This document shows, in pieces, positions 44,079-53,661 of a stretch of DNA of 64,000 bases. How positions within the stretch are numbered: position 1 is the stretch's first letter; every line of letters begins with the position of its first letter. Origin of the DNA: Acidobacteriota bacterium (GTDB lineage Bacteria; Acidobacteriota; UBA6911; RPQK01; JAJDTT01); NCBI GenBank assembly GCA_965263035.1, contig OZ253580.1, forward strand, positions 2,624,001-2,688,000, in the 5' to 3' direction. The position numbers were made by a program, and so were the translations under genes. The notes beneath the pieces are model-generated. The model worked only from the letters and a program-made list of their open reading frames with translations. It searched no databases and was not told where the DNA came from.

Positions 44079-45974
44079 TCAGACCACGTGTTGGGCCAGA
44101 AACTCCTGCAACGCCTCCAGGTAGATCTCGATCGTCCGCGATTTCCTCCAACCGTGTCCTTCACCAGGGAAGCGATGGTAGATGTGGGGGACTCCCCGCC
44201 GCACCAGAGCTTCGGCGATCCGGTCCGATTGGCTGGGGGGAACGACTTCATCGTCCTCGCCCTGAAAGAGTGCAATCGGGTCCCGGATTGACCCGGCCCG
44301 CCCCAACGGCGAGCGGTCCCGGTAGAGGGACTCATCCCCAGGCAGGACGCCCACCAACGAGTCCAGATAGTGCGCTTCGAACTTGTGCGTCTCCTGAGCC
44401 AGAGCGAGTAGATCGGAGACGCCGTAGAGGCAGACCCCGGCCCGGAACAGGCCCGGATAGCGGATCAGGCACAGCAATGCGGTGAGCCCCCCGGCACTGC
44501 CTCCCAAAACGACGAGGCGATCCGGATCGGCCCTCCCGCTGGAGACCAGGTATTCGGCAGCGGACCGGGTATCCTCGACATCGGCCACTCCCCATTGACC
44601 CTTCAGGGCATCGCGGTAAGCGCGGCCGTAACCGGAGCTGCCCCGGTAGTTGAGATCCAGTACCGCGATTCCCCGGCTGGTCAGAAAAGGGATTTCGAAA
44701 CGGTATTCGGCCAGGGCCTGGGAGGTGGGACCACCATGGACCCGAATGACCGCAGGGGGCGGAGCCGTTCGCCGGTACGCGGGATTTCGAGGACGGTAGA
44801 ACAAGCCTTGACAGTTCAGGGGTTGCGGAAGGTCGACCTCTGACCGCACTCTCCAGGAAAGGGGACGGGGATGGCCCAGATAGCCTGCTTCCGGCGGTTC
44901 CGGAGTCACCTCGGACCAGCTCGCGACCACTCCATGAGGCGACACCGTGAGGACCCGCGGCGGAAGCAGTGGTGAGGAGCCGACGAGAGCAATCCGCTCC
45001 CCGTCCGGCGCCGGTGAAAGTTGGCTCAACGCCGAGTAGCCGGAGAGGTCGCCGCCAACCGGTTGGGATCGCCTCTCCTCCAGGTCCACCCGCACCAGCG
45101 TCGCCTGGCCCTGACTCAGCCGAATCGCGTAGACGGCATCAGCCGACGGGGTCCAGGCGTGGGTCCGGAGACCTTGGATCCAGGCCGGCCCGGCGTACTC
45201 GGAAGGATCCTGGACCAACGCTTGTAGCGATCCTTCCTCCAGGTCGTAAAGCCAGAGATTGAACCAGCCTTCCCGATCGGAGACGAAGCTCAGGTAGCGG
45301 CCGTCCGGGGAAAAGGAGGGTTGGAAGACGGCGACGGAGCCCGCTGGATCGCCGGCCACCAGCGTCGGTTCCGGTCCATCTCCAGCAGCTGCCCCGGAGC
45401 CGATCTCGCCCAGATAGAGGCCGCTCCCGTCCCAAGGCATGTTGGGATGATCCCACGCGATCCAGGCGACCCGGCGCCCGCCCGGGTGCCAGGCCGGTTG
45501 CATGTAGAAATCGCGTCCGGACGCAAATTGAACGGGCCAGCCGGAACCGTCCGTCCTCGCCAGACCGAGGCAGTCGATTCCGTCGCTGGAATGGACATAG
45601 ACCAGCCTGCGCCCGCCCGGAGAAGCGGACGGCGCCGCCGGCTGACCCCACGGAGGGGTAACGGGCACCGATTCCGCTTCGTCCAGCCGGTGGCGAAAGA
45701 CCCTCCCCTCGGAGACGAAAAAGACCTGGTCGCCGGAAACCGAAAAGTCGCCGCCGCCGTATCCCACCCGGGCTCGGACAGAACCCTCCAAGGCCAGGTC
45801 CCGGGGCGCGGTCTGCAGGGAATCGCGAACCACCAGGACACCTGTGCCGGAACGTTCTTCCCTCCAGACCAGACCTCCGGAGGGGGTCCATTGGACGTCG
45901 CTCGGCCGGACCCGTGCAGCCCCATGGCTGGGGGCCGAACGACTCTCCCAGAGTCCGCCTGCAGCGCTGTTCAT
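44079..45974 (-). CDS. S9 family peptidase (prolyl oligopeptidase/acylaminoacyl peptidase)
   Basis: HGGPT, GGSAGG, QGEDDEVV, GEGHG; start uncertain. Confidence 0.9.
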   Translation of the reverse strand: MNSAAGGLWESRSAPSHGAARVRPSDVQWTPSGGLVWREERSGTGVLVVRDSLQTAPRDLALEGSVRARVGYGGGDFSVSGDQVFFVSEGRVFRHRLDEAESVPVTPPWGQPAAPSASPGGRRLVYVHSSDGIDCLGLARTDGSGWPVQFASGRDFYMQPAWHPGGRRVAWIAWDHPNMPWDGSGLYLGEIGSGAAAGDGPEPTLVAGDPAGSVAVFQPSFSPDGRYLSFVSDREGWFNLWLYDLEEGSLQALVQDPSEYAGPAWIQGLRTHAWTPSADAVYAIRLSQGQATLVRVDLEERRSQPVGGDLSGYSALSQLSPAPDGERIALVGSSPLLPPRVLTVSPHGVVASWSEVTPEPPEAGYLGHPRPLSWRVRSEVDLPQPLNCQGLFYRPRNPAYRRTAPPPAVIRVHGGPTSQALAEYRFEIPFLTSRGIAVLDLNYRGSSGYGRAYRDALKGQWGVADVEDTRSAAEYLVSSGRADPDRLVVLGGSAGGLTALLCLIRYPGLFRAGVCLYGVSDLLALAQETHKFEAHYLDSLVGVLPGDESLYRDRSPLGRAGSIRDPIALFQGEDDEVVPPSQSDRIAEALVRRGVPHIYHRFPGEGHGWRKSRTIEIYLEALQEFLAQHVV

Positions 45975-46058
45975 CCCGGCTCGCCTTTCGATTCCTCTTT
46001 CCTCATCTCCACGGGTCCACCTTGAACTGGGCCCATTGTATGGTGTTTCATATCGACG

Positions 46059-47243
46059 ATGAAGATTCACGAATTCCAAGCCAAGGAGATTCTGGCCCGG
46101 TTCGGAATCAGGATTCCCCGGGGAAAAGTCACCCAAAGTCCCGCCGAAGCCTATGAAATAGCGCGGTCTTTGGGAGGCGTCGTGGCGGTCAAGGCCCAGG
46201 TCCATGCCGGGGGCCGCGGCAAGGGCGGAGGCGTCAAGATCGTCCGCTCCCCGGCAGAGGCTGAGCAGTGTACTCGAGAAATGCTGGGGACCCGTCTCGT
46301 GACTCCGCAGACCGGCCCGGAGGGGACCCTGGTGCGTCAGGTCTTGATCGAGGAAGGGCTGGATATCCGGCGGGAGTTCTATCTGGGCATGGTCATTGAC
46401 AGGAGCCGGGAGCGGCCGGTGCTCATGGCCAGCACCGAAGGAGGCATGGAAATCGAGGAGGTGGCCCAGAAGACACCGGAATTGATCCTGAAGGAGCATG
46501 TGGACCCGGCCCTGGGACTTCAGGGGTTCCAGGGAAGAAATTTGGCCTACGGTCTCGGTTTGGAGAAGAAAGCCGTGGGCCGGGCCGCCGGGTTCATGAA
46601 GGCACTTTCCGAAGCCTTTGCGGCGACCGACGCCTCACTGGTGGAGATCAACCCGCTGGTGCTGACCGGTGACGGAGATTTCTTTGCTCTGGACGCCAAG
46701 ATGAATTTCGACGACAACGCCCTCTACCGGCACGCGGAGCTGAGGGAGCTGCGCGATTATCACGAAGAGGAGCCGCTGGAGATCCTGGCCCACCGTTCCG
46801 GCCTGAACTACATCAAACTGGATGGGAACGTGGGCTGCATGGTGAACGGCGCCGGGTTGGCCATGGCCACCATGGACATCATCAAGTTGGCCGGCGGCAA
46901 TCCCGCCAACTTTCTGGACGTGGGAGGCGGCGCCACCGTTCAGCAGGTGAAGACGGCGTTCGGGATCCTGATTTCCGACCCGAGCGTCCACTCGGTGCTG
47001 ATCAACATCTTCGGCGGAATCATGCGCTGTGACACTCTGGCCGAGGGAGTGGTCCAGGCTGCGCGGGAGGTGGGCGTGGGAGTTCCGGTGGTGGTGCGGC
47101 TGGAGGGCACCAACGTCGAGCGAGGCAGGGAGATCCTCCGCGATTCGGGTCTGGATTTCGAAGTCGCATATGGAATGCAGGATGCAGCCGAGAAGGTCTG
47201 CCGCCTGGCCGGCGAGGCTGCCCGATCATCGGAGGATAGTTGA
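46059..47243 (+). CDS. sucC: Succinyl-CoA ligase beta subunit
   Basis: MKIHEFQAK, GGRGKGGGV, NGAGLAMATMD. Confidence 0.97.
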   Translation: MKIHEFQAKEILARFGIRIPRGKVTQSPAEAYEIARSLGGVVAVKAQVHAGGRGKGGGVKIVRSPAEAEQCTREMLGTRLVTPQTGPEGTLVRQVLIEEGLDIRREFYLGMVIDRSRERPVLMASTEGGMEIEEVAQKTPELILKEHVDPALGLQGFQGRNLAYGLGLEKKAVGRAAGFMKALSEAFAATDASLVEINPLVLTGDGDFFALDAKMNFDDNALYRHAELRELRDYHEEEPLEILAHRSGLNYIKLDGNVGCMVNGAGLAMATMDIIKLAGGNPANFLDVGGGATVQQVKTAFGILISDPSVHSVLINIFGGIMRCDTLAEGVVQAAREVGVGVPVVVRLEGTNVERGREILRDSGLDFEVAYGMQDAAEKVCRLAGEAARSSEDS

Positions 47244-48113
47244 GTGTCAATCTGGGTGGATTCCACAACCCGACTCGTGGTTCAGGGCATCACGGGCCGT
47301 GAGGGCAGCTTTCACGCGGCCCAGTGCCGCAGCTACGGCACTCAGGTGGTCGCGGGCGTCACTCCCGGGAAGGGAGGTTCCCGGCACGACGGCCTTCCCG
47401 TCTACAACACGGTTCGGGAAGCCGTTGTCGAGGAGGGGGCCAACGCCAGCGTGATCTTCGTGCCGCCCCCGTTTGCGGCCGACGCCATTCTGGAGGCGGC
47501 CGACGCCGATCTGGATCTGGTGGTCTGCATCACCGAGGGAATCCCGGCGCGGGACATGTTGCAGGTCTGCAGGTTCCTCAGGGGAGGGAGAACGCGCCTC
47601 ATCGGTCCCAACTGTCCCGGCATCATCTCTCCGGGGCAGTGCAAGATCGGAATCATGCCTGGGCACATTCATCGTCCTGGAAAGGTCGGCTGTATTTCCC
47701 GGAGCGGTACCCTGACCTATGAGGCGGTGGACCAACTCTCCTCCAGGGGGATCGGGCAGAGCACCTGCATCGGGATCGGCGGCGATCCTCTCATCGGGAC
47801 CGGATTCATCGATGTCCTGGAGGCTTTCGGAAGGGATCCGGATACGGACGCGGTGGTCCTGATCGGGGAAATCGGAGGCAGCGCGGAAGAGGAGGCAGCG
47901 GAGTACATCAGGGATCACTTCCGGAAACCGGTGGTCGGTTTCATCGCCGGACAGACGGCGCCTCCGGGCCGCCGCATGGGCCACGCCGGCGCCATCATCT
48001 CCCAGGGCAAGGGGACGGCGGCGGAGAAAATGGAGACGATGCGACGGTGCGGCGTTCGGGTGTTGGAGAGTCCGGCCCAGATCGGCGCTGCCATGGAGGA
48101 AGCCCTGGGATGA
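47244..48113 (+). CDS. sucD: Succinyl-CoA ligase alpha subunit
   Basis: QGITG, GPNCPG, RMGHAGA. Confidence 0.97.
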   Translation: MSIWVDSTTRLVVQGITGREGSFHAAQCRSYGTQVVAGVTPGKGGSRHDGLPVYNTVREAVVEEGANASVIFVPPPFAADAILEAADADLDLVVCITEGIPARDMLQVCRFLRGGRTRLIGPNCPGIISPGQCKIGIMPGHIHRPGKVGCISRSGTLTYEAVDQLSSRGIGQSTCIGIGGDPLIGTGFIDVLEAFGRDPDTDAVVLIGEIGGSAEEEAAEYIRDHFRKPVVGFIAGQTAPPGRRMGHAGAIISQGKGTAAEKMETMRRCGVRVLESPAQIGAAMEEALG

Positions 48114-48529
48114 ACCAGTCCACCTTGGGCATCGTCAAGCCGGACGCGGTGAAGACCGGGTCCCTGGGCGCCATTCTGAAGCGGCTCGAAGCGAGTGGGC
48201 TGACGGTGGTCGGCATGAAGATGATCCACCTGACCCGGGAGCTGGCAGAAGGCTTCTATCGGGTGCACCGAAACCGGCCTTTCTTCGGCAGCTTGACTAC
48301 CTTCATGTCCGAGGGGCCCTGCGTGGTCATGGTTCTGCAGGGAGAAAACGCCATCGATCGTTGGCGAGCCCTGATGGGCGCCACCGACCCGGCCCGAGCC
48401 GGCGAGGGCACGATCCGCAAGGACTTCGGCCAGAACATCGAACGCAACACCGTCCACGGCTCCGACAGCCCCGAATCGGCAGACTTCGAGATCGCCTACT
48501 TCTTCGACGCGCTGGAATTCACCGGCTAG
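48110..48529 (+). CDS. ndk: Nucleoside diphosphate kinase
   Basis: [19 protein letters not shown]; ATGA overlap with sucD. Confidence 0.96.
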   Translation: MNQSTLGIVKPDAVKTGSLGAILKRLEASGLTVVGMKMIHLTRELAEGFYRVHRNRPFFGSLTTFMSEGPCVVMVLQGENAIDRWRALMGATDPARAGEGTIRKDFGQNIERNTVHGSDSPESADFEIAYFFDALEFTG

Positions 48530-48536
48530 GCCCCCC

Positions 48537-48758
48537 ATGTTTCAAGACCTGGGAAAAGTCCTGATCTTCCTGGGCTTGGCCCTGGCGGCGGTGGGCTTGT
48601 TGCTGAACTGGGTTCCATCGCTGCGGCTGGGACGACTTCCCGGGGATCTGCTCATTCGCCGGGAAAACTGGAGCCTGCACTTTCCCGTGGTCACCTGCCT
48701 GCTGGCGAGCGTAGTCCTGACTCTGGTCTTCTGGCTGATCCAGTGGTTCCGGCGGTAA
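48537..48758 (+). CDS. DUF2905-like small membrane protein
   Basis: LGRLPGD...FP..TC between two TM helices. Confidence 0.8.
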   Translation: MFQDLGKVLIFLGLALAAVGLLLNWVPSLRLGRLPGDLLIRRENWSLHFPVVTCLLASVVLTLVFWLIQWFRR

Positions 48759-48764
48759 CCCGCC

Positions 48765-49778
48765 ATGGCTTCCGGCGAAACCATGACCTTCGCCCGGTTC
48801 ATGGAGCTTTGCCTCTATGCTCCGCAAGAAGGCTATTACCGGCGTGGATCCAAGGTCTTCGGTCCCGGCGGAGACTACTTCACCTCTCCCTATACCCACC
48901 CCCTGTTCTCCCAGATCCTGGGAGACGCTCTGGCCTGGCATCTGTCCTGTCTGGACGCGGATGGGCCTTTGGACCTCATCGAGTTGGGGGCCGGCGAGGG
49001 AATTCTGGGAAAGGGCGTGCTGGGTCGGCTGGAGAACCACCATCCCCGGATCTTCGCACGCGTCCGATACCAGGGCATGGAGATTGGAGATTCCTGCCTG
49101 CCGGAGCGAATCCATGGCGTGGTCTTCTCCAACGAACTCTTCGACGCGTTGCCGGTGCACCGGGTGCGGGTCTCTCAAACGGAATTAAAAGAGATTTTCG
49201 TCAGGTTGGGCGAGCCCATCACCGAGGTGGAGGGAGAACTCTCCGATCCGCGCATTCTGGAGTACATGCGACTCGGATTTCCCCGTTGGCGGGAGGGAGA
49301 CGTCTACGAGGCAAATCTGCGGATGGTGGAAATCCTGGAAGACCTGGACCGCCGCTTCCAACGAGGTTTTGTCCTGACCCTGGACTACGGATTCGAGGCG
49401 CCGGAATACGAGGCCATGGACCGGAGGGACGGTACGCTGCTCTGTTACCATCGCCACCGGGTCCATTCCGACCCCTATGTCAATCTGGGCCGCCAGGACC
49501 TGACCACCCATGTCAATTTTCGCGTGTTTCGCGAAACGGCCCGGCGGTTGGGTTGGACCAACCGACCGCTCCGAAGCCAGCGCCATTTCCTGATGAAATG
49601 GGGTCTGGAGACCCGGTTGCTGGAAGAGGAGAGGATGGGCATCCTGCAGGCGGAAAGATTCGAGGATCGGCTCGGAATCAAGGCCCTTCTCGCTCCCGGG
49701 GGAATCTCCGATACGCTCAAGATGCAGGTGCAGGCGGTCCGCCTCTCGCCGGCCGGCGGGTCCGGCAGTCCGTGGTGA
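48765..49778 (+). CDS. SAM-dependent methyltransferase, MidA/NDUFAF7 family
   Basis: FMELCLY..GYY, GDYFTS, ELGAGEG, SNELFDALP, QDLTTHVNF. Confidence 0.88.
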   Translation: MASGETMTFARFMELCLYAPQEGYYRRGSKVFGPGGDYFTSPYTHPLFSQILGDALAWHLSCLDADGPLDLIELGAGEGILGKGVLGRLENHHPRIFARVRYQGMEIGDSCLPERIHGVVFSNELFDALPVHRVRVSQTELKEIFVRLGEPITEVEGELSDPRILEYMRLGFPRWREGDVYEANLRMVEILEDLDRRFQRGFVLTLDYGFEAPEYEAMDRRDGTLLCYHRHRVHSDPYVNLGRQDLTTHVNFRVFRETARRLGWTNRPLRSQRHFLMKWGLETRLLEEERMGILQAERFEDRLGIKALLAPGGISDTLKMQVQAVRLSPAGGSGSPW

Positions 49779-49916
49779 AAGTCCCGCGTAGGAGTCTGCG
49801 CCCGCCGGACAAGGCGCGGTGAGGGAGCATATTCGACCCTATGTGACCGAGGCGCAACGCAGTCCGCGCACGATGCAGACCCGGTCGAATGCCGCGACGA
49901 CTTTTGCCACGGGCTG
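49766..49916 (-). mobile_element. MITE family A copy 5 (151 bp, most diverged full copy)
   Basis: Both TIRs; plus-strand flanks CCGG / CCAG; supplies the TGA stop of the methyltransferase. Confidence 0.83.
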
Positions 49917-49948
49917 CCAGGGTCGGACCAAGCCGGATCTGATACAAT

Positions 49949-49971
49949 CCGGTTTCCGAACCGGAGTTTTT
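49949..49971 (+). terminator. Possible intrinsic terminator
   Basis: CCGGTT-TCCG-AACCGG then AGTTTTT. Confidence 0.35.
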
Positions 49972-49982
49972 CGGGGAGTGGG

Positions 49983-50059
49983 TGGTGGGCGATACTGGAT
50001 TCGAACCAGTGACCTCCGCCGTGTGAAGACGGCGCTCTAACCAGCTGAGCTAATCGCCC
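49983..50059 (-). tRNA. tRNA-Val(CAC)
   Basis: GGGCGATTAGCTCAG...CCGTCTT-CAC-ACGGCGG...GGTTCGAATCC...CCA. Confidence 0.96.
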
Positions 50060-50073
50060 GAAACAAGAAGTTC

Positions 50074-50103
50074 ATTCTAGAAAGTCGAGTCGAAGTGAGT
50101 CAA
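50074..50103 (-). promoter_or_regulatory. sigma70-like promoter of tRNA-Val
   Basis: TTGACT-18 nt-TAGAAT. Confidence 0.55.
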
Positions 50104-51093
50104 CCACTGGACCTGATCATCATCGGCGCCGGACCGGCGGGTCTGGCCTGCGCCATCGAGGCCCGGAAACGGGGTTTGGAGTTCTGGGTGGTGGAGCGAG
50201 GCTGCCTCGTCAACTCCATCTACAAGTATCCGGTCAACATGACCTTCTTCACCACGGCCGATCTGCTGGAAATCGGCGACGTGCCCATGATCATCTCCGC
50301 CGACAAGCCCAAGCGGATCGACGGTCTCAAATACTATCGCCGCGTCGTGGAACACTACCAGCTCCCCATTCGGGACTACGAGGAGGTCCTCACGGTCCAG
50401 GGAGGTCTGGGGAACTTCGTCGTGAATACGCGGGACCGGCTGGGACACTCACACGATTATCACGCCCGCCGGATCGTAGTGGCGACGGGCTACTACGACA
50501 ATCCCAACCTGCTGGGAATTCCAGGCGAGAACCTGCCCAAAGTCAGCCACTATTACACCGATCCCCACCCCTACTACGGCAAGAACGTGGCCATCATCGG
50601 TGGGAACAACTCCGCCGCCGAGGCGGCGCTGGAGCTGTTCCGAAGCGGATCGAATGTGACGATCATCCACCGGGGCGAGCGCGTGGGAAGGAAAATCAAA
50701 TATTGGGTGCTTCCCGACATCGAGAATCGGATCAAGAACGGAGAAATCTCGGCTCTTTTCTCCAGCCGCGTGGTGGAGATCCGGCCGCAGAAGATCGCGG
50801 TCGAGACACCCGGCGGAATCGTGGAGCTGGACAACGACTTCGTCCTGGCCATGACCGGCTATCATCCCGACTCCGATTTTCTCCGGCAGATGGGAGTCCG
50901 GGTCGAACACGAGACCCACATTCCCGATCACGATCCCGAGACCCTGGAGACCAACGTCGCCGGCATCTATCTGGCCGGCTCCATCTGCGCCGGGAAGATG
51001 ACGAACCGCATCTTCATTGAGAACGGGCGCTTCCACGGAGGCCAGATCTTCAGCCACTGGAACGTTTCCGCACCGGTGGCAACGGCAGATTGA
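50095..51093 (+). CDS. ypdA: YpdA-family FAD-dependent disulfide reductase (putative bacillithiol disulfide reductase)
   Basis: IIGAGPAG, ATGYYD, IKYWV.PDIENR, FIENGRFH; no CxxC. Confidence 0.85.
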   Translation: MSQPLDLIIIGAGPAGLACAIEARKRGLEFWVVERGCLVNSIYKYPVNMTFFTTADLLEIGDVPMIISADKPKRIDGLKYYRRVVEHYQLPIRDYEEVLTVQGGLGNFVVNTRDRLGHSHDYHARRIVVATGYYDNPNLLGIPGENLPKVSHYYTDPHPYYGKNVAIIGGNNSAAEAALELFRSGSNVTIIHRGERVGRKIKYWVLPDIENRIKNGEISALFSSRVVEIRPQKIAVETPGGIVELDNDFVLAMTGYHPDSDFLRQMGVRVEHETHIPDHDPETLETNVAGIYLAGSICAGKMTNRIFIENGRFHGGQIFSHWNVSAPVATAD

Positions 51094-51139
51094 TCGCCGT
51101 CCGAACTGGTGATCGACCGCTGAATCCACACCCAAGCCG

Positions 51140-52477
51140 ATGAAGCATAGCCGGTTCCGAGTGGCCATCGTGGGGCGGCCCAACGTCGGGAAATCCACCC
51201 TTTTCAATCGGCTGACCCGAACCCGCCGAGCCTTGGTGGACCGCCGCCCGGGGATGACCCGGGACCGAATCTGCGGGCTGGCCAAATGGGGCGGCCGGAG
51301 TTTCGAAGTCATGGACACGGGCGGCATCACGCCCGGTGACCGGGAACATATTCCCGAGCAGGTTCTCCGCCAGGTGGAGGTCGCCATCCGGGAGGCGGAC
51401 CTCATCCTCCTGGTGGTCGACGTTCGAGAAGGACTGCAACCGCTGGACCAGAGTTTGTGCTCCATGCTGAGAGCCCGAGGCAGGGAGCCCCTGCTGGTGG
51501 TGAACAAGGTGGAGACTCTTCGTATGGAAACGGAGGCATTCCAGTTCCATGCTCTGGGTCTGAAGCGCCTGCTCCCGATTTCCGCCGAGCACAACCTGGA
51601 TTTGGACCCCTTGATCGGGGAGATCCTGCGCCGCATTCCCGATAACGCCCCGGGGACCTCCGATGCCGAGGAGATCCGGGTCGCCATCGTGGGACGCCCC
51701 AACGTGGGCAAGTCTTCTCTGCTGAACCGGATTGTGGGTGAAGAACGCTCCATCGTGACCTCCATTCCGGGTACTACCCGAGACGCCGTGGACACGCTGG
51801 TTCGCGTGGGGGATCAGGCGTACCGATTCGTGGACACTGCGGGAATCCGGAGAAAGAGCAAGACGGTGGAGATCGCCGAGAAGTTGAGCGTGGTCATGGC
51901 TCGCAAGAACCTGGAACGGGCCGACGTGGCGCTGCTGGTGCTGGATGCCTCCGAACCTCCCAGCACTCTCGACGCAATCATCGGCAGGTACGCCCAGGAC
52001 GCGGGTGTCTCGATTCTGATTACGGTCAACAAGTGCGACCTGATGCCGTCCGATTCGGAAACCCAGGCCGCCATGACCGCAGCCTATCGGGACCGGATCC
52101 GGGCCTTGGTTTTCGCTCCCCTGGTCTTCGTGTCGGCCAAGACGGGACGCGGCGTCTCCAGGATCTTCACCCAGGTGGACCGAGCCTACGAGGGCCGGAT
52201 GATCCGGGTCGGAACCTCCGAGTTGAACGTCTACCTGGAACGGCACGTGGCTGCGGCTCTGACTCCGGAGGGAAGCGCCAGGAAGTCGCGCTTGAAGTAC
52301 GCCTGTCAAGTGGCGTCGGCTCCTCCCACCTTCGTCTTTTTCACGCGGGGATCGGGAAAAATGGATCTTCCCACCCGGCGGCATCTGGCCCGGCGACTTC
52401 GGGAGAAATACCATTTTCACGCCACGCCGATCCGGATCCTGCAACGTTCCGGCAAGAGGAGAGGGGAGCTTTCTTGA
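51140..52477 (+). CDS. der: Ribosome biogenesis GTPase Der
   Basis: Two GRPNVGKS P-loops, DTGG/DTAG, NKxD-like motifs. Confidence 0.96.
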   Translation: MKHSRFRVAIVGRPNVGKSTLFNRLTRTRRALVDRRPGMTRDRICGLAKWGGRSFEVMDTGGITPGDREHIPEQVLRQVEVAIREADLILLVVDVREGLQPLDQSLCSMLRARGREPLLVVNKVETLRMETEAFQFHALGLKRLLPISAEHNLDLDPLIGEILRRIPDNAPGTSDAEEIRVAIVGRPNVGKSSLLNRIVGEERSIVTSIPGTTRDAVDTLVRVGDQAYRFVDTAGIRRKSKTVEIAEKLSVVMARKNLERADVALLVLDASEPPSTLDAIIGRYAQDAGVSILITVNKCDLMPSDSETQAAMTAAYRDRIRALVFAPLVFVSAKTGRGVSRIFTQVDRAYEGRMIRVGTSELNVYLERHVAAALTPEGSARKSRLKYACQVASAPPTFVFFTRGSGKMDLPTRRHLARRLREKYHFHATPIRILQRSGKRRGELS

Positions 52478-52503
52478 CACCCGAAAAAGGGCGTGCCTAA
52501 TAT
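52474..52503 (+). promoter_or_regulatory. sigma70-like promoter of HU/IHF-merR
   Basis: TTGACA-18 nt-TAATAT. Confidence 0.5.
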
Positions 52504-52543
52504 GAACTGCAGCTCGTGACACCGCCCCCGTAGCAGGCATTTC

Positions 52544-52810
52544 ATGGTCAAAGCAGATCTGGCGCGTACGGTCTATGAGACCCACGGCGGTTTGACTCAC
52601 CAGGAGTCGAAGGAGGTGGTCAAGCTTATCTTCGACAACATCAAGTCCGAGCTGCTCCGTAGAGAGAATGTGAAATTGTCCGGGTTCGGGTCATTCCGTG
52701 TGATTTCACTGCAGGCTCGACGCGGCCGCAATCCCCAGACCCGAGCCCAGATGCGGCTGGGACCGAGCCGACGGGTGACGTTTCGTCCGTCGCGGCTGAT
52801 CAACGTGTGA
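52544..52810 (+). CDS. HU/IHF family DNA-binding protein (IHF-alpha-like)
   Basis: KLSGFGSF, RRGRNPQT, VTFRPS. Confidence 0.92.
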   Translation: MVKADLARTVYETHGGLTHQESKEVVKLIFDNIKSELLRRENVKLSGFGSFRVISLQARRGRNPQTRAQMRLGPSRRVTFRPSRLINV

Positions 52811-52820
52811 CTCCATCCTG

Positions 52821-53243
52821 ATGGCCAGGAAAGGCAAGCTCTTCTACAAGATCGGCGAAGTCTGCAAGATCTGCGACGTTCCCGCTCACGTTCTGCGTTA
52901 CTGGGAGACCGAATTCCCGCTGCTGACCCCCAACAAGAACCGCTCCGGGCAGCGCATCTTTCGAGAGAAAGACATGCGACTCGTGGCCGAAATCAAACGG
53001 CTTCTGTACGACGAGGGCTACACCATCGCAGGGGCCCGCAAACAGCTTCGCCGAAACGGCGCGAACTTGCGGACGACTCCCCTGTTTTCCGAGGCCGGGG
53101 GAAACTCTTCCGGGAAACTTCTGGCCCAGATCCGGGGTGAGCTTCAGGACCTGATGAAGCTTCTGGATCAGGACCTCCCAACCTCCAACCTGCAGCCGGC
53201 GAATCAGCGACAGCCCGCCGGGAGCGACGACAACGGCGACTAG
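52821..53243 (+). CDS. MerR family transcriptional regulator
   Basis: YKIGEV...HVLRYWETEF...GYTIAGA; ihfA-merR-tRNA-Pro order. Confidence 0.92.
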   Translation: MARKGKLFYKIGEVCKICDVPAHVLRYWETEFPLLTPNKNRSGQRIFREKDMRLVAEIKRLLYDEGYTIAGARKQLRRNGANLRTTPLFSEAGGNSSGKLLAQIRGELQDLMKLLDQDLPTSNLQPANQRQPAGSDDNGD

Positions 53244-53402
53244 GAGCCTGCGCCGCAGAAATTGATCTACTGCGAAAGCGGTAGAATCGGTCCATATTTC
53301 CCCGATTTCTCGGCGAATAGAACAACTATGCACCTCAAAATCGAGAAAATCCGGCCTCGATTCCCCACTTTCTCGCTACGATCATTTCTACCGCGCAGAC
53401 TC
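53244..53402. mobile_element. Putative MITE family B (159 bp, single copy in window)
   Basis: Imperfect TIRs GAGCCTGCGCCGCAGAAATTGATC / GATCATTTCTACCGCGCAGACTC; flanks CTAG / CTGG; nested internal inverted repeats. Confidence 0.7.
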
Positions 53403-53496
53403 CTGGCGGACTTTCGCGGCCGCCTGGGCCGCGCAACCGCTCGAAGGCCCTGACGGCTTTCGACACGGACTGGTATACTGGCCATCTTCCGTCGGC

Positions 53497-53573
53497 CGGG
53501 ACGTGGCGCAGTCTGGTAGCGCACCTGAATGGGGTTCAGGGGGTCGGGAGTTCGAATCTCCCCGTCCCGACCA
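53497..53573 (+). tRNA. tRNA-Pro(GGG)
   Basis: CGGGACGTGGCGCAG...CCTGAAT-GGG-GTTCAGG...GTTCGAATC...CCA. Confidence 0.96.
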
Positions 53574-53661
53574 GCATTTTCGGAGTCGTCTCGAGCGGCG
53601 GCCCGCAAGCTGCACGGGTCGCCCCGGTCACGGCTCCGCTCCACCGGGTTGAAGGAGTTCG

